Counted from the stretch's first letter, positions 39,532-51,044 are shown. The stretch: DNA of 64,000 nt from Candidatus Spyradenecus sp. (GCA_045535075.1 JAZSKX010000017.1:192001-256000), one strand, 5' to 3'. Program-made: numbers and translations. The notes: generated by a model from the sequence alone, not told the origin.

Positions 39532-39706
39532 ACAGGTTGGGAAAAATTATTTTTCGGAACGTGGAGTTAAGTTTTGTTCCTGTGTTGAAGAGAATCATTA
39601 AAAGTTGTGTTTCGGTCAACAAGTTTTCTTTTCCTGCTTTAAAAGCGACTTTTTTTGGACTATTGTTTTACCAACATAAACTATCAACCCCGATAACGAG
39701 AAAAAC

Positions 39707-41641
39707 ATGGAACTCATTGAAGCGATTAAGTCGGCTTTCGCAGCCGGCAATATTACCGAGGACACGAAAAATAACCTTACGGAATGGCTTTCCGCCGGTT
39801 TTCTTCCGGCTTGGGCCGTAACGGCGATTGAAGAACTTGTCGCCGGAGAACAGTGGAGTGAAATCAACGACCGCTTTTTCAAAAAAATCGCCTTCGGCAC
39901 GGGCGGAATGCGCGGACGCACCATCGGCAAAATCACGCCGCCGGCGGAAGCGGGAACGCGCGACGCGCTCGGCGCACCGGAACACCCGGCTGTCGGCACC
40001 GCAAATTTGAACGATTTCAATATCGTCCGCGCCACCGTCGGCCTTTTCCGCTATATTTCCAAATACCTTGCATCGACGGGAACGCAACGTGCGCCGCGCA
40101 TTGTCATCGCGCACGACGTCCGCCATTTTTCGAAGCATTTTTCCCAACTCGCGGCAAGCATTTGGACGAAGCTCGGCGGCGAAGCCTACGTTTTCGACGA
40201 CGCGCGTTCCGTCCCGCAACTCAGCTTCACGATTCGCGCTCTCGGCACGGATACCGGCATCGCGCTTACGGCGAGCCACAATCCGTCGCACGACAACGGC
40301 TTCAAATGCTACTTCAATGACGGGGCACAGGTAATTTCCCCGCACGCGGAATCGATTATCGGCGAGGTTAACGCCGTTACGCTTGCGGACATTCCGCAGT
40401 TTCTGACGAAAGATTTGTCCGCCGTTAAAACCGTTCCCGCCGAAGTCGAGGCTCAGTATCTTTCCGACTTGGAATGCGCGATTTTGGACAAATCCATCAT
40501 CGAAAAATCGCCGATTAAGCTTTGTTACACGAATATTCACGGCACGGGCGACGTGATGATCGTTCCCGCGATGAAAAAATTCGGCGTCGATATTTCCGTT
40601 GTCGAAGAACAACTCCCGCACGACGGTCGCTTCCCGACCGTGAAATCGCCGAACCCGGAAAACGCCGAAGCGTTCACGCTTTCGCTCGCGAAGGCGAAAG
40701 AAATCGGCGCAGACGTCGTTATCGGAACGGACCCGGACGATGACCGCGTCGGCATCGCCGCCCGCAACCGCGACGGCTCCTACACGCTTTACTCCGGCAA
40801 CCAAACCGGCTCGATGCTCACCGCGTTCCGTTGCGCCCGCATGAAGGAGCTCGGCATTCTTCCGCCGGAAGGCTCGCCGCGCGCAACGATTATTAAAACC
40901 TTTGTAACGTCGCCGATTTGGGATGTAATCGCCGAGAAAAACGGGCTGCGTTGCGTGAACGCGCTCACGGGCTTTAAGTGGATCGGCGCGAAGCTTCAGA
41001 AATATCAAAAAGAAGTCGAAAAAACCGTTCCGAATTACATGTCGCTCCCGTGGCGGGAACGCGCCGCCGCTCAGCTTTCGGCGGGAACGTTCTACGTTTT
41101 CGGCGGCGAAGAAAGCTACGGCTATTTGCATTCCGACAGCGTGCGAGACAAGGACGGGAACGCCGCCGCGCTCATGGTTGTCGAAATGGCGGCTTGGGTA
41201 AAAGCCAAAGGCATGACGCTTCCGGAATACCTCGATTCGATTTACCGCGATTACGGTTATTTCCGCGAGTCCTTGCTCAACATCGTGCTCGAAGGCGCGA
41301 AAGGCGCGGCGCAAATCAAGCGCATTCTCGCCTCGCTTCGCGAAAATCCGCCGGCGGAAGTGCTCGGCAAAAAAGTCGTTTCCTTCCTCGATTTCGGACG
41401 CGATGAAATTAAGGACTGCGACGGCGACATCATTCCGAAGGAAGATTTCTACTTCTTCACACTCGAAGACGGCATGAAAATCGCCGTGCGCGGAAGCGGA
41501 ACCGAACCGAAAATCAAGTTCTACCTCTTCGCCACGAGTAGCAATCCGGATCTCGCCGCCGCGAAAGCCGACGCCGAAGCCGCGATTGAAGCCGCCAAAG
41601 CCTTCCTCCAAGAGGAAGCCATGAAACGTGCCGGCGCGTAA
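39707..41641 (+). CDS. Phosphoglucomutase/phosphomannomutase
   Basis: FGTGGMRG, TASHNP, DPDDDR, GEESYG, RGSGTEPKIK. Confidence 0.93.
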   Translation: MELIEAIKSAFAAGNITEDTKNNLTEWLSAGFLPAWAVTAIEELVAGEQWSEINDRFFKKIAFGTGGMRGRTIGKITPPAEAGTRDALGAPEHPAVGTANLNDFNIVRATVGLFRYISKYLASTGTQRAPRIVIAHDVRHFSKHFSQLAASIWTKLGGEAYVFDDARSVPQLSFTIRALGTDTGIALTASHNPSHDNGFKCYFNDGAQVISPHAESIIGEVNAVTLADIPQFLTKDLSAVKTVPAEVEAQYLSDLECAILDKSIIEKSPIKLCYTNIHGTGDVMIVPAMKKFGVDISVVEEQLPHDGRFPTVKSPNPENAEAFTLSLAKAKEIGADVVIGTDPDDDRVGIAARNRDGSYTLYSGNQTGSMLTAFRCARMKELGILPPEGSPRATIIKTFVTSPIWDVIAEKNGLRCVNALTGFKWIGAKLQKYQKEVEKTVPNYMSLPWRERAAAQLSAGTFYVFGGEESYGYLHSDSVRDKDGNAAALMVVEMAAWVKAKGMTLPEYLDSIYRDYGYFRESLLNIVLEGAKGAAQIKRILASLRENPPAEVLGKKVVSFLDFGRDEIKDCDGDIIPKEDFYFFTLEDGMKIAVRGSGTEPKIKFYLFATSSNPDLAAAKADAEAAIEAAKAFLQEEAMKRAGA

Positions 41642-41672
41642 TGAAGTTTTCATTACACGAAAAAATACTCCT

Positions 41673-41703
41673 CGTTCCCGCGATGATTTTCGCCGCGGGA
41701 ACG
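41673..41703 (+). terminator. Hairpin built from an inverted pair of the GCGGGAACG motif
   Basis: CGTTCCCGCG-N11-CGCGGGAACG after the phosphomutase stop, T-rich tract shortly after. Confidence 0.65.
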
Positions 41704-41759
41704 CTGTAGTTTTTCCTATTTTGTTTGAATTCTCTGCGGGATAAATTATTTTCGCTACA

Positions 41760-42008
41760 ATGAGTTGGGGCTTTCGGCATCGGTTTTTGAGCTGTGCGCT
41801 ACAGGGTTGTCTTGGGGTAATCGGACTGACGTTTGTCGGTTGTGCCGCACGGGAACCCGAAGATCCGGGCTACAACAAACCGGCGGTTTCCGGGGTCGTG
41901 AGCGGGGAAATTCATTCCGTGGACGATTACCTGAATGCCGTTGAAAAGGAAAATGAGCGGCGACTCCGGACGGAAGGTGATGTTTGGAGTAATCCGGAAG
42001 ACTTCTAA
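41760..42008 (+). CDS. Small lipoprotein
   Basis: Hydrophobic leader with FVGC lipobox. Confidence 0.5.
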   Translation: MSWGFRHRFLSCALQGCLGVIGLTFVGCAAREPEDPGYNKPAVSGVVSGEIHSVDDYLNAVEKENERRLRTEGDVWSNPEDF

Positions 42009-42024
42009 TTTAATTTTTTTACCT

Positions 42025-42375
42025 ATGAATCAATTAAACTTCAGCGACCAAAGTACGGCGGAACTCAATAAACTTTCTCCGCTTGATCAGATGCCCATCA
42101 TTGATGCGCTGACAAATATTTCGCTCGACGAATTGAAGAGCAATAAAGCGGCTTACGGCGCGTTTGTTCGCGGTAAGCAGACGTTCTATCGGCTTCGCCA
42201 GGGCGATTTGCGGATTTATTTTACCGCGACGGAAAACGAGATTTTTTGTTCCCATATTCTGCACAAGCACAGCATCACGGATTTTGCATTTCGTGCAAAC
42301 CTTCCGGTCAAGGATGAGCATATTGTCGAGCAGGACAAAAATTTTTGGGACTATCTCGATTCTTTCAATAAATAA
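42025..42375 (+). CDS. RelE/ParE-like fold protein (no adjacent antitoxin seen)
   Basis: FYRLRQGDLRIYF motif. Confidence 0.55.
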   Translation: MNQLNFSDQSTAELNKLSPLDQMPIIDALTNISLDELKSNKAAYGAFVRGKQTFYRLRQGDLRIYFTATENEIFCSHILHKHSITDFAFRANLPVKDEHIVEQDKNFWDYLDSFNK

Positions 42376-42390
42376 ACTCGGAATAACGCC

Positions 42391-43317
42391 ATGAACGACG
42401 ACAACAAGACAGTTTCCGCTTCGGAGCCTAAATACAAGTGCGTCCAAGATGCCGCGCGTATCTACATTCTGCCGAATTTCTTTACGGCGGGAAATATGTT
42501 TTGCGGGTTCATGTCGCTTTGCCAGTGTATCGAAGCGAAGTATAGCGAGACCGTTGCTGCTGCGAACGACAAATACATGCTTGCGGTTTATCTGATTTTC
42601 GGGGCTTGCCTTTTCGATCTTTTTGACGGGCGCATGGCGCGCATGTTTAAAAAAGAATCGATGTTCGGCGCGGAATTCGATTCCATCGCGGATACTGTTT
42701 CGTTCGGCGTCGCACCCGCGTTTTTGGTTTATTTTCTGATTCTTGACCCGAGTCGGAGCGCTGCCGAATTCGGCGATATTCTCGCCAAAGTCGGTCCCGT
42801 CGTCGGATTTATTTATCTGCTTTGTGCGGGAATTCGCTTGGCAAAATTCAATGTTTTGACGAATCCGCTTATTCCCGGGAACGAAAAGAAAAGCCCGGCT
42901 TCCGATTTTATGGGAATTCCCTCTCCCGTCGCTGCCGCGATCACGGCTTCCTTCGTTCTTTTGCTTACGAGCATGAATGATAGCGGAACTGCAATGTCGG
43001 CGGCACAGGCGGTTCAGGACTACATCCCGATTGTTTTGCTGCCGACAATGGTGCTTGTGTCGATTCTCATGGTTACGAATATTCCGTATCCGACGTTTAA
43101 GCACATTGATTGGAATACAAAAGCCAAGGCTCAGGCATTTATCCTTATCGTTCTTTTCGTTATTTTCGCATTGCTCTACCATGTTTATGCGATTCCTGCC
43201 GCCTTGCTGGCGTATGTCCTCTTCGGCCTAATTCGTGCCTTGCGCAGGAAAATTTCCCGCGGAAAGGTCGTTCCCGCAGAAGAGGAGGAAAGCGGAGCGA
43301 TTGAGGACACCTTCTGA
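42391..43317 (+). CDS. pssA: CDP-diacylglycerol--serine O-phosphatidyltransferase
   Basis: LPNFFTAGN and DLFDGRMAR...FGAEFDSIADTVSFG CDP-alcohol motif. Confidence 0.9.
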   Translation: MNDDNKTVSASEPKYKCVQDAARIYILPNFFTAGNMFCGFMSLCQCIEAKYSETVAAANDKYMLAVYLIFGACLFDLFDGRMARMFKKESMFGAEFDSIADTVSFGVAPAFLVYFLILDPSRSAAEFGDILAKVGPVVGFIYLLCAGIRLAKFNVLTNPLIPGNEKKSPASDFMGIPSPVAAAITASFVLLLTSMNDSGTAMSAAQAVQDYIPIVLLPTMVLVSILMVTNIPYPTFKHIDWNTKAKAQAFILIVLFVIFALLYHVYAIPAALLAYVLFGLIRALRRKISRGKVVPAEEEESGAIEDTF

Positions 43318-43392
43318 TTCTTCCGTTTTTCGGCTTGCAAAAGCCTTCCCGTAAGCATTCCATTTCCGAACAACTGAATTTTTTTGATTATC

Positions 43393-44229
43393 ATGAAGAA
43401 AACAATCCTTCCCCTTACGATGTTGGCGATTGCCGGTTCCGCGTTTGCGCAGCAGGCTGCTCCGGAAAGCAACGATATTGAAGTCGGCGCAAGATTCGCC
43501 TATGAATCCCACTATGTCAATCGCGGTATTGACCAGTCCGACGACAACCTCCAGACGACAATTAACGTCGGCTACAGCCTTTCGAATTCCGGGAGCTGGG
43601 GCTTCCGTGCTTATGGCGAGCTCTTTTACATGTCTCCCGTTTCCGACGAAGGCAACGAAGCGGATTGGACTTTCGGAACCCGTGCCGTTTACGAAGACGA
43701 ATACTTCTTTGATCTCGGCTATCGCTTTAAGAGCTATCCGAACGGCGGTGTTGAACATGCCTATGACATGAAGCGCGCGTATGTCAATCGCTCCAATGAG
43801 CTTTTCTTCGGAGTCGGTCGCGATGTTGAGCTTATCGACGGGAACGAATGGTCGCAAATCATCATTGCCGGTTCGGTTGCCTACGACTGGAATCTTGAAC
43901 AACTCGCTTGGGAAGTCAGCGTAGAAAAAACCTTTACTGAAGTTTTCTCGCACGACACGGATATCTCCGTCGGCGCGACTTACGGCTACATCACGGCGAA
44001 TGACTGGGTCGGCGATCAGGTTTCCGGATTGGGTTCTCCGAATAATGACTACGGCTACCTTACGCTCAAGGCGGACTTTATCTATCACCTGAATGAAACG
44101 ACGGACCTCGGCATCGGCGCACGTTACACCTACAACAACGACGACGAACGTTCAATCCACGGGGCAAAGGCGATGAACATCGATTGCAACACCTTCTGGT
44201 GGGGCGTTTCTCTCACCTTCCGCTACTAA
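43393..44229 (+). CDS. Outer-membrane beta-barrel protein
   Basis: Signal peptide, alternating aromatic strands, C-terminal WGVSLTFRY. Confidence 0.75.
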   Translation: MKKTILPLTMLAIAGSAFAQQAAPESNDIEVGARFAYESHYVNRGIDQSDDNLQTTINVGYSLSNSGSWGFRAYGELFYMSPVSDEGNEADWTFGTRAVYEDEYFFDLGYRFKSYPNGGVEHAYDMKRAYVNRSNELFFGVGRDVELIDGNEWSQIIIAGSVAYDWNLEQLAWEVSVEKTFTEVFSHDTDISVGATYGYITANDWVGDQVSGLGSPNNDYGYLTLKADFIYHLNETTDLGIGARYTYNNDDERSIHGAKAMNIDCNTFWWGVSLTFRY

Positions 44230-44267
44230 TTCGCGGGAACGCAAAACATATTTTTTTAACCACATAA

Positions 44268-45281
<1,014 letters not shown>

Positions 45282-45304
45282 TTAATTTCGGATAACTCAA
45301 GAAG

Positions 45305-45341
45305 AACGTTCCCGCGACGAAAGCTGCGGGAACGTTTTTTT
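45305..45341 (+). terminator. Intrinsic terminator built from an inverted GCGGGAACG pair
   Basis: AACGTTCCCGC-N10-GCGGGAACGTT followed by a T run, after gap. Confidence 0.85.
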
Positions 45342-45387
45342 CGTTTTTACGCTTTAAGGAGCGGGGACTTCAAATTAGATTTTAACT

Positions 45388-46800
45388 ATGTCAATTGCTT
45401 CCGAATATAAAATTGCGGATATCGCGCTCGCCGATTGGGGGCGCAAAGAACTCGACGTTGCTGCGTTTGAAATGCCCGGCTTGCAGTCGGTTCGCAAAAA
45501 ATATGCACCCGAAAAACCGCTTGCGGGAACTCGCATTATGGGTTCGCTCCATATGACGATTCAGACCGCAGCGCTCATCGAAACGCTTGTTGATCTCGGT
45601 GCCGATGTCCGATGGGCTTCCTGCAATATTTTTTCTACGCAGGATCATGCTGCTGCCGCCATCGTTGCCGCGGGAACGCCCGTTTTCGCATGGAAGGGCG
45701 AAACACTCGAAGAATATTGGGATTGCACTTATCGCGCAATGACTTGGGCGGACGGGAACGGCCCGGATCTCATCGTCGATGACGGCGGCGATGCAACTCT
45801 GCTCATTCACAAAGGCTATGAGCTCGAAAACGGCGATACTTGGGTCGATTCTCCGAGCGAGTCCGAAGAAGAAGCCGTGATTAAAGCGCTTTTGAAAAAA
45901 GTTTATGCGGAAGATCCGCAGCACTGGCATCGCGTCGTCGCAAAGTGGCGCGGCGTTTCAGAAGAAACAACAACCGGCGTGCACCGCCTTTACCAACGCG
46001 CGGAAGCCGGAAAGCTCCTTGTTCCCGCGATTAACGTGAACGACTCCGTCACCAAATCGAAATTCGATAATCTTTACGGTTGCCGGGAGTCGCTTGTCGA
46101 CGGAATCAAGCGCGCGACCGATGTGATGATCGCCGGGAAAATTGCTGTCGTTTGCGGCTACGGCGATGTCGGAAAAGGATGTGCTCAATCGCTTCGCGGG
46201 CTCGGTGCGACGGTTTGGGTTACGGAGGTTGATCCGATCTGTGCGCTTCAGGCGGCGATGGAAGGCTACCGCGTCGTAACCGTCGAAGACACGCTCGGAC
46301 TTGCCGATATTTATGTTACGACGACCGGAAATTGCGACATTATCACGCTGGAGCATATGCTGAAAATGCGCAATCAGGCGATTGTTTGTAACATCGGACA
46401 TTTTGATAATGAAATCCAAGTCGGGCGGCTGAATGCGCTTGCGGGAACGAAGAAAGTGAATATCAAACCGCAGGTCGATCGCTACGACTTCGCCGACGGG
46501 CATTCGATTTTCCTGCTCGCTGAAGGGCGCCTCGTCAATCTCGGTTGTGCAACGGGGCATCCGAGCTTTGTTATGTCCAACAGCTTTACGAATCAGGTGC
46601 TTGCGCAAATGGAACTTTGGAAAAATCGTGATGCCTACAAGCCCGGCGTTTACATTCTTCCGAAGAAACTCGACGAAGAAGTCGCACGCCTCCACTTGGA
46701 GCGCATCGGCGCAAAATTGACGACGCTGACGCAAAAACAGGCGGATTACCTCGGCGTTCCCGTCGAAGGACCTTATAAGGCGGAAAACTACCGCTATTAA
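45388..46800 (+). CDS. ahcY: Adenosylhomocysteinase
   Basis: [47 protein letters not shown]. Confidence 0.97.
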   Translation: MSIASEYKIADIALADWGRKELDVAAFEMPGLQSVRKKYAPEKPLAGTRIMGSLHMTIQTAALIETLVDLGADVRWASCNIFSTQDHAAAAIVAAGTPVFAWKGETLEEYWDCTYRAMTWADGNGPDLIVDDGGDATLLIHKGYELENGDTWVDSPSESEEEAVIKALLKKVYAEDPQHWHRVVAKWRGVSEETTTGVHRLYQRAEAGKLLVPAINVNDSVTKSKFDNLYGCRESLVDGIKRATDVMIAGKIAVVCGYGDVGKGCAQSLRGLGATVWVTEVDPICALQAAMEGYRVVTVEDTLGLADIYVTTTGNCDIITLEHMLKMRNQAIVCNIGHFDNEIQVGRLNALAGTKKVNIKPQVDRYDFADGHSIFLLAEGRLVNLGCATGHPSFVMSNSFTNQVLAQMELWKNRDAYKPGVYILPKKLDEEVARLHLERIGAKLTTLTQKQADYLGVPVEGPYKAENYRY

Positions 46801-46911
46801 GCGCTTTTGCATTTGTTTTGTCCTCCGCGTTTTGAATTCGCGGAGGATTTTTTTACCTTAACAAGTTGGCCGCGAAGGCGTAGACTCGCCGTCCACAAAC
46901 TCTTTTCAGCT

Positions 46912-47439
46912 ATGCCGGTTTATTATATCGAAGACGTTCGTAAAGTTTTTAATCTTCCGCTTCCGACCTTGGTTTACCACGCGCAGGAAGTACAGCAGCG
47001 TATGTTGGTTACCGACGGAATCGTCGTTCGCGAAAGCGCGGAATACGATGCCGAGCCGCGTTGTGAAAACGTCGAAGCCTGTCTTCAAAAACTCATCGAA
47101 CTTTCCAATGCGGATACGCATCCGGAAACGCTTGCGTTGGACGCGTTGATTCCTTGCCCGCCTGCCGATCTTTTTGATTGGGTGCGCTTGACCGCGCTTG
47201 CGCGTGTGATGCTCCCGAAAACGCTGATTCGTATTCCCGCCGATTGCGGCAACGATGCTGTGCTTGCGCTTTGTTGTTGTGCCGGCGCTAACGCGCTTTC
47301 CGGCGAAAATCCGGCATTTGTCAACAGCCTCAAAATGCGCAACATTGACTTCGAAGAACATCACAAAAAGGTCCACGGGTGCAAAGGCGACGGCTCGTGC
47401 GGGCATTGTACCTGCGGGAAGCACGACCACCATCACTAA
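46912..47439 (+). CDS. Shortened BioB-like protein lacking the radical-SAM core, Cys/His-rich tail
   Basis: VFNLPLPTLVYHAQEV resembles the BioB N-terminus; HPETLALDALIP, ALARVMLPKTLIRI and CAGANA resemble the BATS domain; no CxxxCxxC. Confidence 0.55.
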   Translation: MPVYYIEDVRKVFNLPLPTLVYHAQEVQQRMLVTDGIVVRESAEYDAEPRCENVEACLQKLIELSNADTHPETLALDALIPCPPADLFDWVRLTALARVMLPKTLIRIPADCGNDAVLALCCCAGANALSGENPAFVNSLKMRNIDFEEHHKKVHGCKGDGSCGHCTCGKHDHHH

Positions 47440-47460
47440 ATTGTCGGAAACCCTGCCTGT

Positions 47461-47495
47461 AAAAGCGTTCCCGCGAGAAGGCGGGAACGCTTTTT
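47461..47495 (+). terminator. Intrinsic terminator built from an inverted GCGGGAACG pair
   Basis: AAAAGCGTTCCCGC-GAGAAG-GCGGGAACGCTTTTT. Confidence 0.85.
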
Positions 47496-47564
47496 GTTTG
47501 AAAAAATCTTTGTTGATTAATCCCCCTTGCCTCGCGCTCCTGCGGGCGATAGTTTCGTTTAAGA

Positions 47565-48554
47565 ATGTTTTTCCGCAAAAAAAAATCTCGCTACGGGGAA
47601 GCTGTTCCCGATTGGCGCAAAGTGATTCCTCAGGTTGTAAAAATGGGGGATACACAGCCGGGCGGGACGCGGAAATGGAGAGAATATTTTCGGATTTTCT
47701 TCGTTTTGTCGTCTGCGTTTGTAATGTTCGTCGTAATTGCCGTTGTCGCAGAACGGCTTGCAAACGGCGGGGAAGACAACGAGCGTTTATCGTTTGCTCA
47801 AGTTAAGTTGGTGACGAACGGTGCGCTTGAAGAAGCGTGGATTCGCGATTTTCTCAATATCCGTAGCGCGCCTTCCAGCGTGATTGCGCTTCGGAAAAAA
47901 CTCGAATCTTATCCGCAAATTCGCAAGGCACGTGTCGTTCGTGAAGACGGAAATACGCTAAGAATTGAGTTGCAGGAACGCGCGGCAATTGCGCGTTTTC
48001 GCACTGAAGACGGGCGGGTTTTGAATGTCGGAGACGACGGAGTTTTGTTCCCGTCGGAGACCTATTTTACCGCGATTCAGGATCAATTACCGTTTGTTTC
48101 GGATGTTGAAATTGTGGCGATTGACGGCGGACTTGAGGCGGTTGCCAACGCGGATTTGCTCTTGGATTTCTTAAACGTTGTCCGCCGGGATTATCCTGAA
48201 ATGCGCCGTTTTTGGGAGCGAGTATCGGCAAAGGATCTTCCGCAAAAATTATTGCCGATGCGCTTTGTTCAGCCATGGGCGGTTTTGCGCGTAAAGCCGG
48301 CGTTCCCGCAGGACTCCGGTTTGCCGCGCGTGCGTGAAATTGTTTTTTCCGCTCAAAATTTTCGGAGCGAATTGGCGCTGATGGGGTCGTCCGACAGTCT
48401 TGCTAAGATTCGCGAATATTACGAACGCGCTCCGGAGGAACGCGAAAGAGAACATAAAATTGTTTTTGTTACTAACCGTAAAAACACCCGCCGTCCGGTT
48501 CTCGAAATGCGAATAATTCCGATTCGGGCAACGCATGGCACCGGGCGTATGTAA
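47565..48554 (+). CDS. ftsQ: Cell division protein FtsQ/DivIB-like
   Basis: Single TM then POTRA-like LESYPQIRKARV...LRIELQER; directly upstream of ftsA. Confidence 0.75.
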   Translation: MFFRKKKSRYGEAVPDWRKVIPQVVKMGDTQPGGTRKWREYFRIFFVLSSAFVMFVVIAVVAERLANGGEDNERLSFAQVKLVTNGALEEAWIRDFLNIRSAPSSVIALRKKLESYPQIRKARVVREDGNTLRIELQERAAIARFRTEDGRVLNVGDDGVLFPSETYFTAIQDQLPFVSDVEIVAIDGGLEAVANADLLLDFLNVVRRDYPEMRRFWERVSAKDLPQKLLPMRFVQPWAVLRVKPAFPQDSGLPRVREIVFSAQNFRSELALMGSSDSLAKIREYYERAPEEREREHKIVFVTNRKNTRRPVLEMRIIPIRATHGTGRM

Positions 48555-48565
48555 GTTTTTTTAAA

Positions 48566-49783
48566 ATGCTTCAAAAAAATATTGTAGCTCTTATCGATAT
48601 CGGGAGCGCGGAAACCAAGGTGCTTTTGGTTCGCGTGTTGCCTCAACTCGAAATCATCGGCGTTCATGTTGCGCCGACGGAAGGTTTGAACAAGGGTGAG
48701 ATTACGGATATTCGCCAGCTGATGAATTGTGTTCACAAAGCGATCGCGGATGCCGAGAAAAAGTGTAATCCGCCGGTCTCCGTTTATTATGCGTGCCTGT
48801 CGCTCTCCGGAATGAATCTCACGGGAACGCAGGTTAAGGGAACGACGTGTTGCGAGTCTGAGGATGAAGTCGTCAGCGAAAAAGACATTGAAATCGCTCG
48901 CGGGAACGCTTACTCAAAGCGTGTTCCCGCCGGGAAGGTAATCGCGCATCGCATCAAGCAGGCGTTTACGCTTGACGGGAAATTCGTGGAGAATCCGGAA
49001 AGGCGCGTCGGGCGCGAACTTGCTTACAACATGTGGGTGGTCTCTGCCGACAAAACCTATCTGACGGAGCTGATTCAAATCCCGAATCAATACGGAATGC
49101 GCGTTGAAGAGGTCTTTGCGGCATCGCTCGCTTCCGCAGCCGCTGTTTCCTCTCGCTCCGAAGAAACAGACAAGAATCGCCTTGTCATTGATATCGGCGC
49201 GGGAACGACCGATTATATTTTGTATCAGGACGGCATGGTGCGCCTTACCGGCGTGATTCCCGTCGGCGGACGCCACCTTACAAACGATATTTCCAGCGCG
49301 TTGAGTATTTCGGAAAAAGACGCTGAAACCGCAAAAATTAAATACGCCCGGGCAATTGTCTCCGACGAAGACATCGAAGATTCCTTCGGGCTTTCCGATG
49401 AGCCGGTTGACAGCATGCTTTACGGACTGAGTAATCGGCTTTCTAAATTTAAGCTGAATTTCGTGACTCATTTGCGCGTGCGGGAAATTTTCGAGATTAT
49501 TCAAAGAAAAATCGGAGACGACGTGTCCGTCAGCATCGTGCAAATCACCGGAGGAACTTCGTCGCTTCCGGACATCGAACGCGTTGCTTCCGAGATTTTT
49601 AATGCGGAAACATCGTGTTCCGTTCCCGAGCGTGCATTTGCAAAGAAAGTCTGTGCAGATCCCAAGTTCAGCACGGTTGTCGGCATGGCGGAGTTGCTTT
49701 TTCGCCGCCGAATCGGGCTTTTACGCGCGCGTGCCGAACAATCGCTTTGGACTCGTTTGAAGAAAACATTTTTTAATCATTAA
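48566..49783 (+). CDS. ftsA: Cell division protein FtsA
   Basis: IDIGSAETK, KGEITD, IDIGAGTTD, VGGRHLTNDI, TGGTS. Confidence 0.92.
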   Translation: MLQKNIVALIDIGSAETKVLLVRVLPQLEIIGVHVAPTEGLNKGEITDIRQLMNCVHKAIADAEKKCNPPVSVYYACLSLSGMNLTGTQVKGTTCCESEDEVVSEKDIEIARGNAYSKRVPAGKVIAHRIKQAFTLDGKFVENPERRVGRELAYNMWVVSADKTYLTELIQIPNQYGMRVEEVFAASLASAAAVSSRSEETDKNRLVIDIGAGTTDYILYQDGMVRLTGVIPVGGRHLTNDISSALSISEKDAETAKIKYARAIVSDEDIEDSFGLSDEPVDSMLYGLSNRLSKFKLNFVTHLRVREIFEIIQRKIGDDVSVSIVQITGGTSSLPDIERVASEIFNAETSCSVPERAFAKKVCADPKFSTVVGMAELLFRRRIGLLRARAEQSLWTRLKKTFFNH

Positions 49784-49795
49784 TTCCCGATAAAA

Positions 49796-51025
49796 ATGCT
49801 CGAATCCGATCAAGATTTTCCGGAAGAAACAAGTGCGGGAACGCCTCGCGTGACGCTGATGGGCGTCGGCAAAGGCGGGATTTCCATTGTTTCCAAAATT
49901 AATTTACCGAATGTCCCTTTGCGCCGTGTTATTGCGGATACGTCGCGTTCCGATTTGGAGTCCGCAGCGCTTTCGGATTGCGTGAAAATTCGGCTTGGAG
50001 AAAAAACCTTGCGCGGGTTCGGAGCCGGCTTGCAGGCAAAAGCGGGAAGCAAGGCCGCGAAAGAATCCGAAAAAGCCATTGCCGAGGCCCTTACGGGAAC
50101 GGACTTGCTTTTGCTTGTTACGGCATTGGGGCATGGCACCGGGAGCGGCGCGTCGCCCGTTATTGCAAAAATTGCACAGGACGCGGGAGCGACGGTTGTT
50201 TGCTTTGCCACGAATCCTTTTTCCGATGAAGGAAAAATTTTTACGGAGCAGGCTGCCGATGCCGCCGCAAAGCTAAGCGATTTAAGCAATGCGTTTGTGC
50301 TTGTTGATAATGAAGTCGTCGCGCAGGTTACGGCGGGAACACAGAATTTTGATGATGTCTTCAATACCGGGCGGCGTTGGATTGAGCGCGGGATCGCCGT
50401 TTGTTGTTCGATGATTTTTTCGGCAAAAACCGAGGAACGCCTGGATTTCTCGTCCTTCAAAAACATCTTTCCGGTGGCGGGAACGCGCACGCTCTTTGCA
50501 GTCGGAGAAGGAGCGGGAGAAAACGCTCTCCGGGATGCGCTTGACGCGCTTTTTGAGTGCCCGCTTCTGAAAACGGGAATCGCTGCGACACATGCCGATA
50601 CGCTTGCGATTCGCGTTTGCGCGGGAAGAACTCCGAGCATTCAGGAAATGGAAGAGATTTCCAAATGTATTCAGGAGCGCTTCGGCGGGGAAGAACGCTC
50701 GCTTTCGAATTTTGCCGTCATTCCGGAAATGGAGGATGCGATCGAAATTTGTGTCGTCGGCGCGGACGAGGTTCGGGCTACGCGTCGCCGGCGGGAACGC
50801 TCTGTCGGCATCCCTCGGGGCGGGAAGTCCGTGCTGGAATCTCAGCTCTCGGACTCCGATTCTTCCGGGGACGAACTGCCGTTTGACGAAGGAAGCGGCT
50901 CGGCATTTCCCTTCGGGAAGAAACGGCTTTACGACGGCGTCGATTTGGACACGCCGACCTATCGCCGCAAGCGCATCAAACTTCAGGACGAGCTCGACGC
51001 CCGCCGCAAACGCCTCAAAAAATAA
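49796..51025 (+). CDS. ftsZ: Cell division protein FtsZ (divergent)
   Basis: GVGKGG, RGFGAG, LGHGTGSG, PFSDEG, C-terminal DLDTPTYRR; follows ftsA. Confidence 0.85.
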   Translation: MLESDQDFPEETSAGTPRVTLMGVGKGGISIVSKINLPNVPLRRVIADTSRSDLESAALSDCVKIRLGEKTLRGFGAGLQAKAGSKAAKESEKAIAEALTGTDLLLLVTALGHGTGSGASPVIAKIAQDAGATVVCFATNPFSDEGKIFTEQAADAAAKLSDLSNAFVLVDNEVVAQVTAGTQNFDDVFNTGRRWIERGIAVCCSMIFSAKTEERLDFSSFKNIFPVAGTRTLFAVGEGAGENALRDALDALFECPLLKTGIAATHADTLAIRVCAGRTPSIQEMEEISKCIQERFGGEERSLSNFAVIPEMEDAIEICVVGADEVRATRRRRERSVGIPRGGKSVLESQLSDSDSSGDELPFDEGSGSAFPFGKKRLYDGVDLDTPTYRRKRIKLQDELDARRKRLKK

Positions 51026-51044
51026 GCGAAACTTACGCGTCGCT

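Noticed and set aside
29509..39706. oriC within the window
   Set aside because: I found no cluster of TTATCCACA DnaA boxes and no dnaA gene; only parS and mnmEG suggest proximity.
39668..41653. Long antisense ORFs (661 aa here; others opposite ahcY, ftsZ, the SurA-like gene and the dehydrogenase)
   Set aside because: Shadow frames of well-supported genes with biased codon usage; no recognisable motifs.
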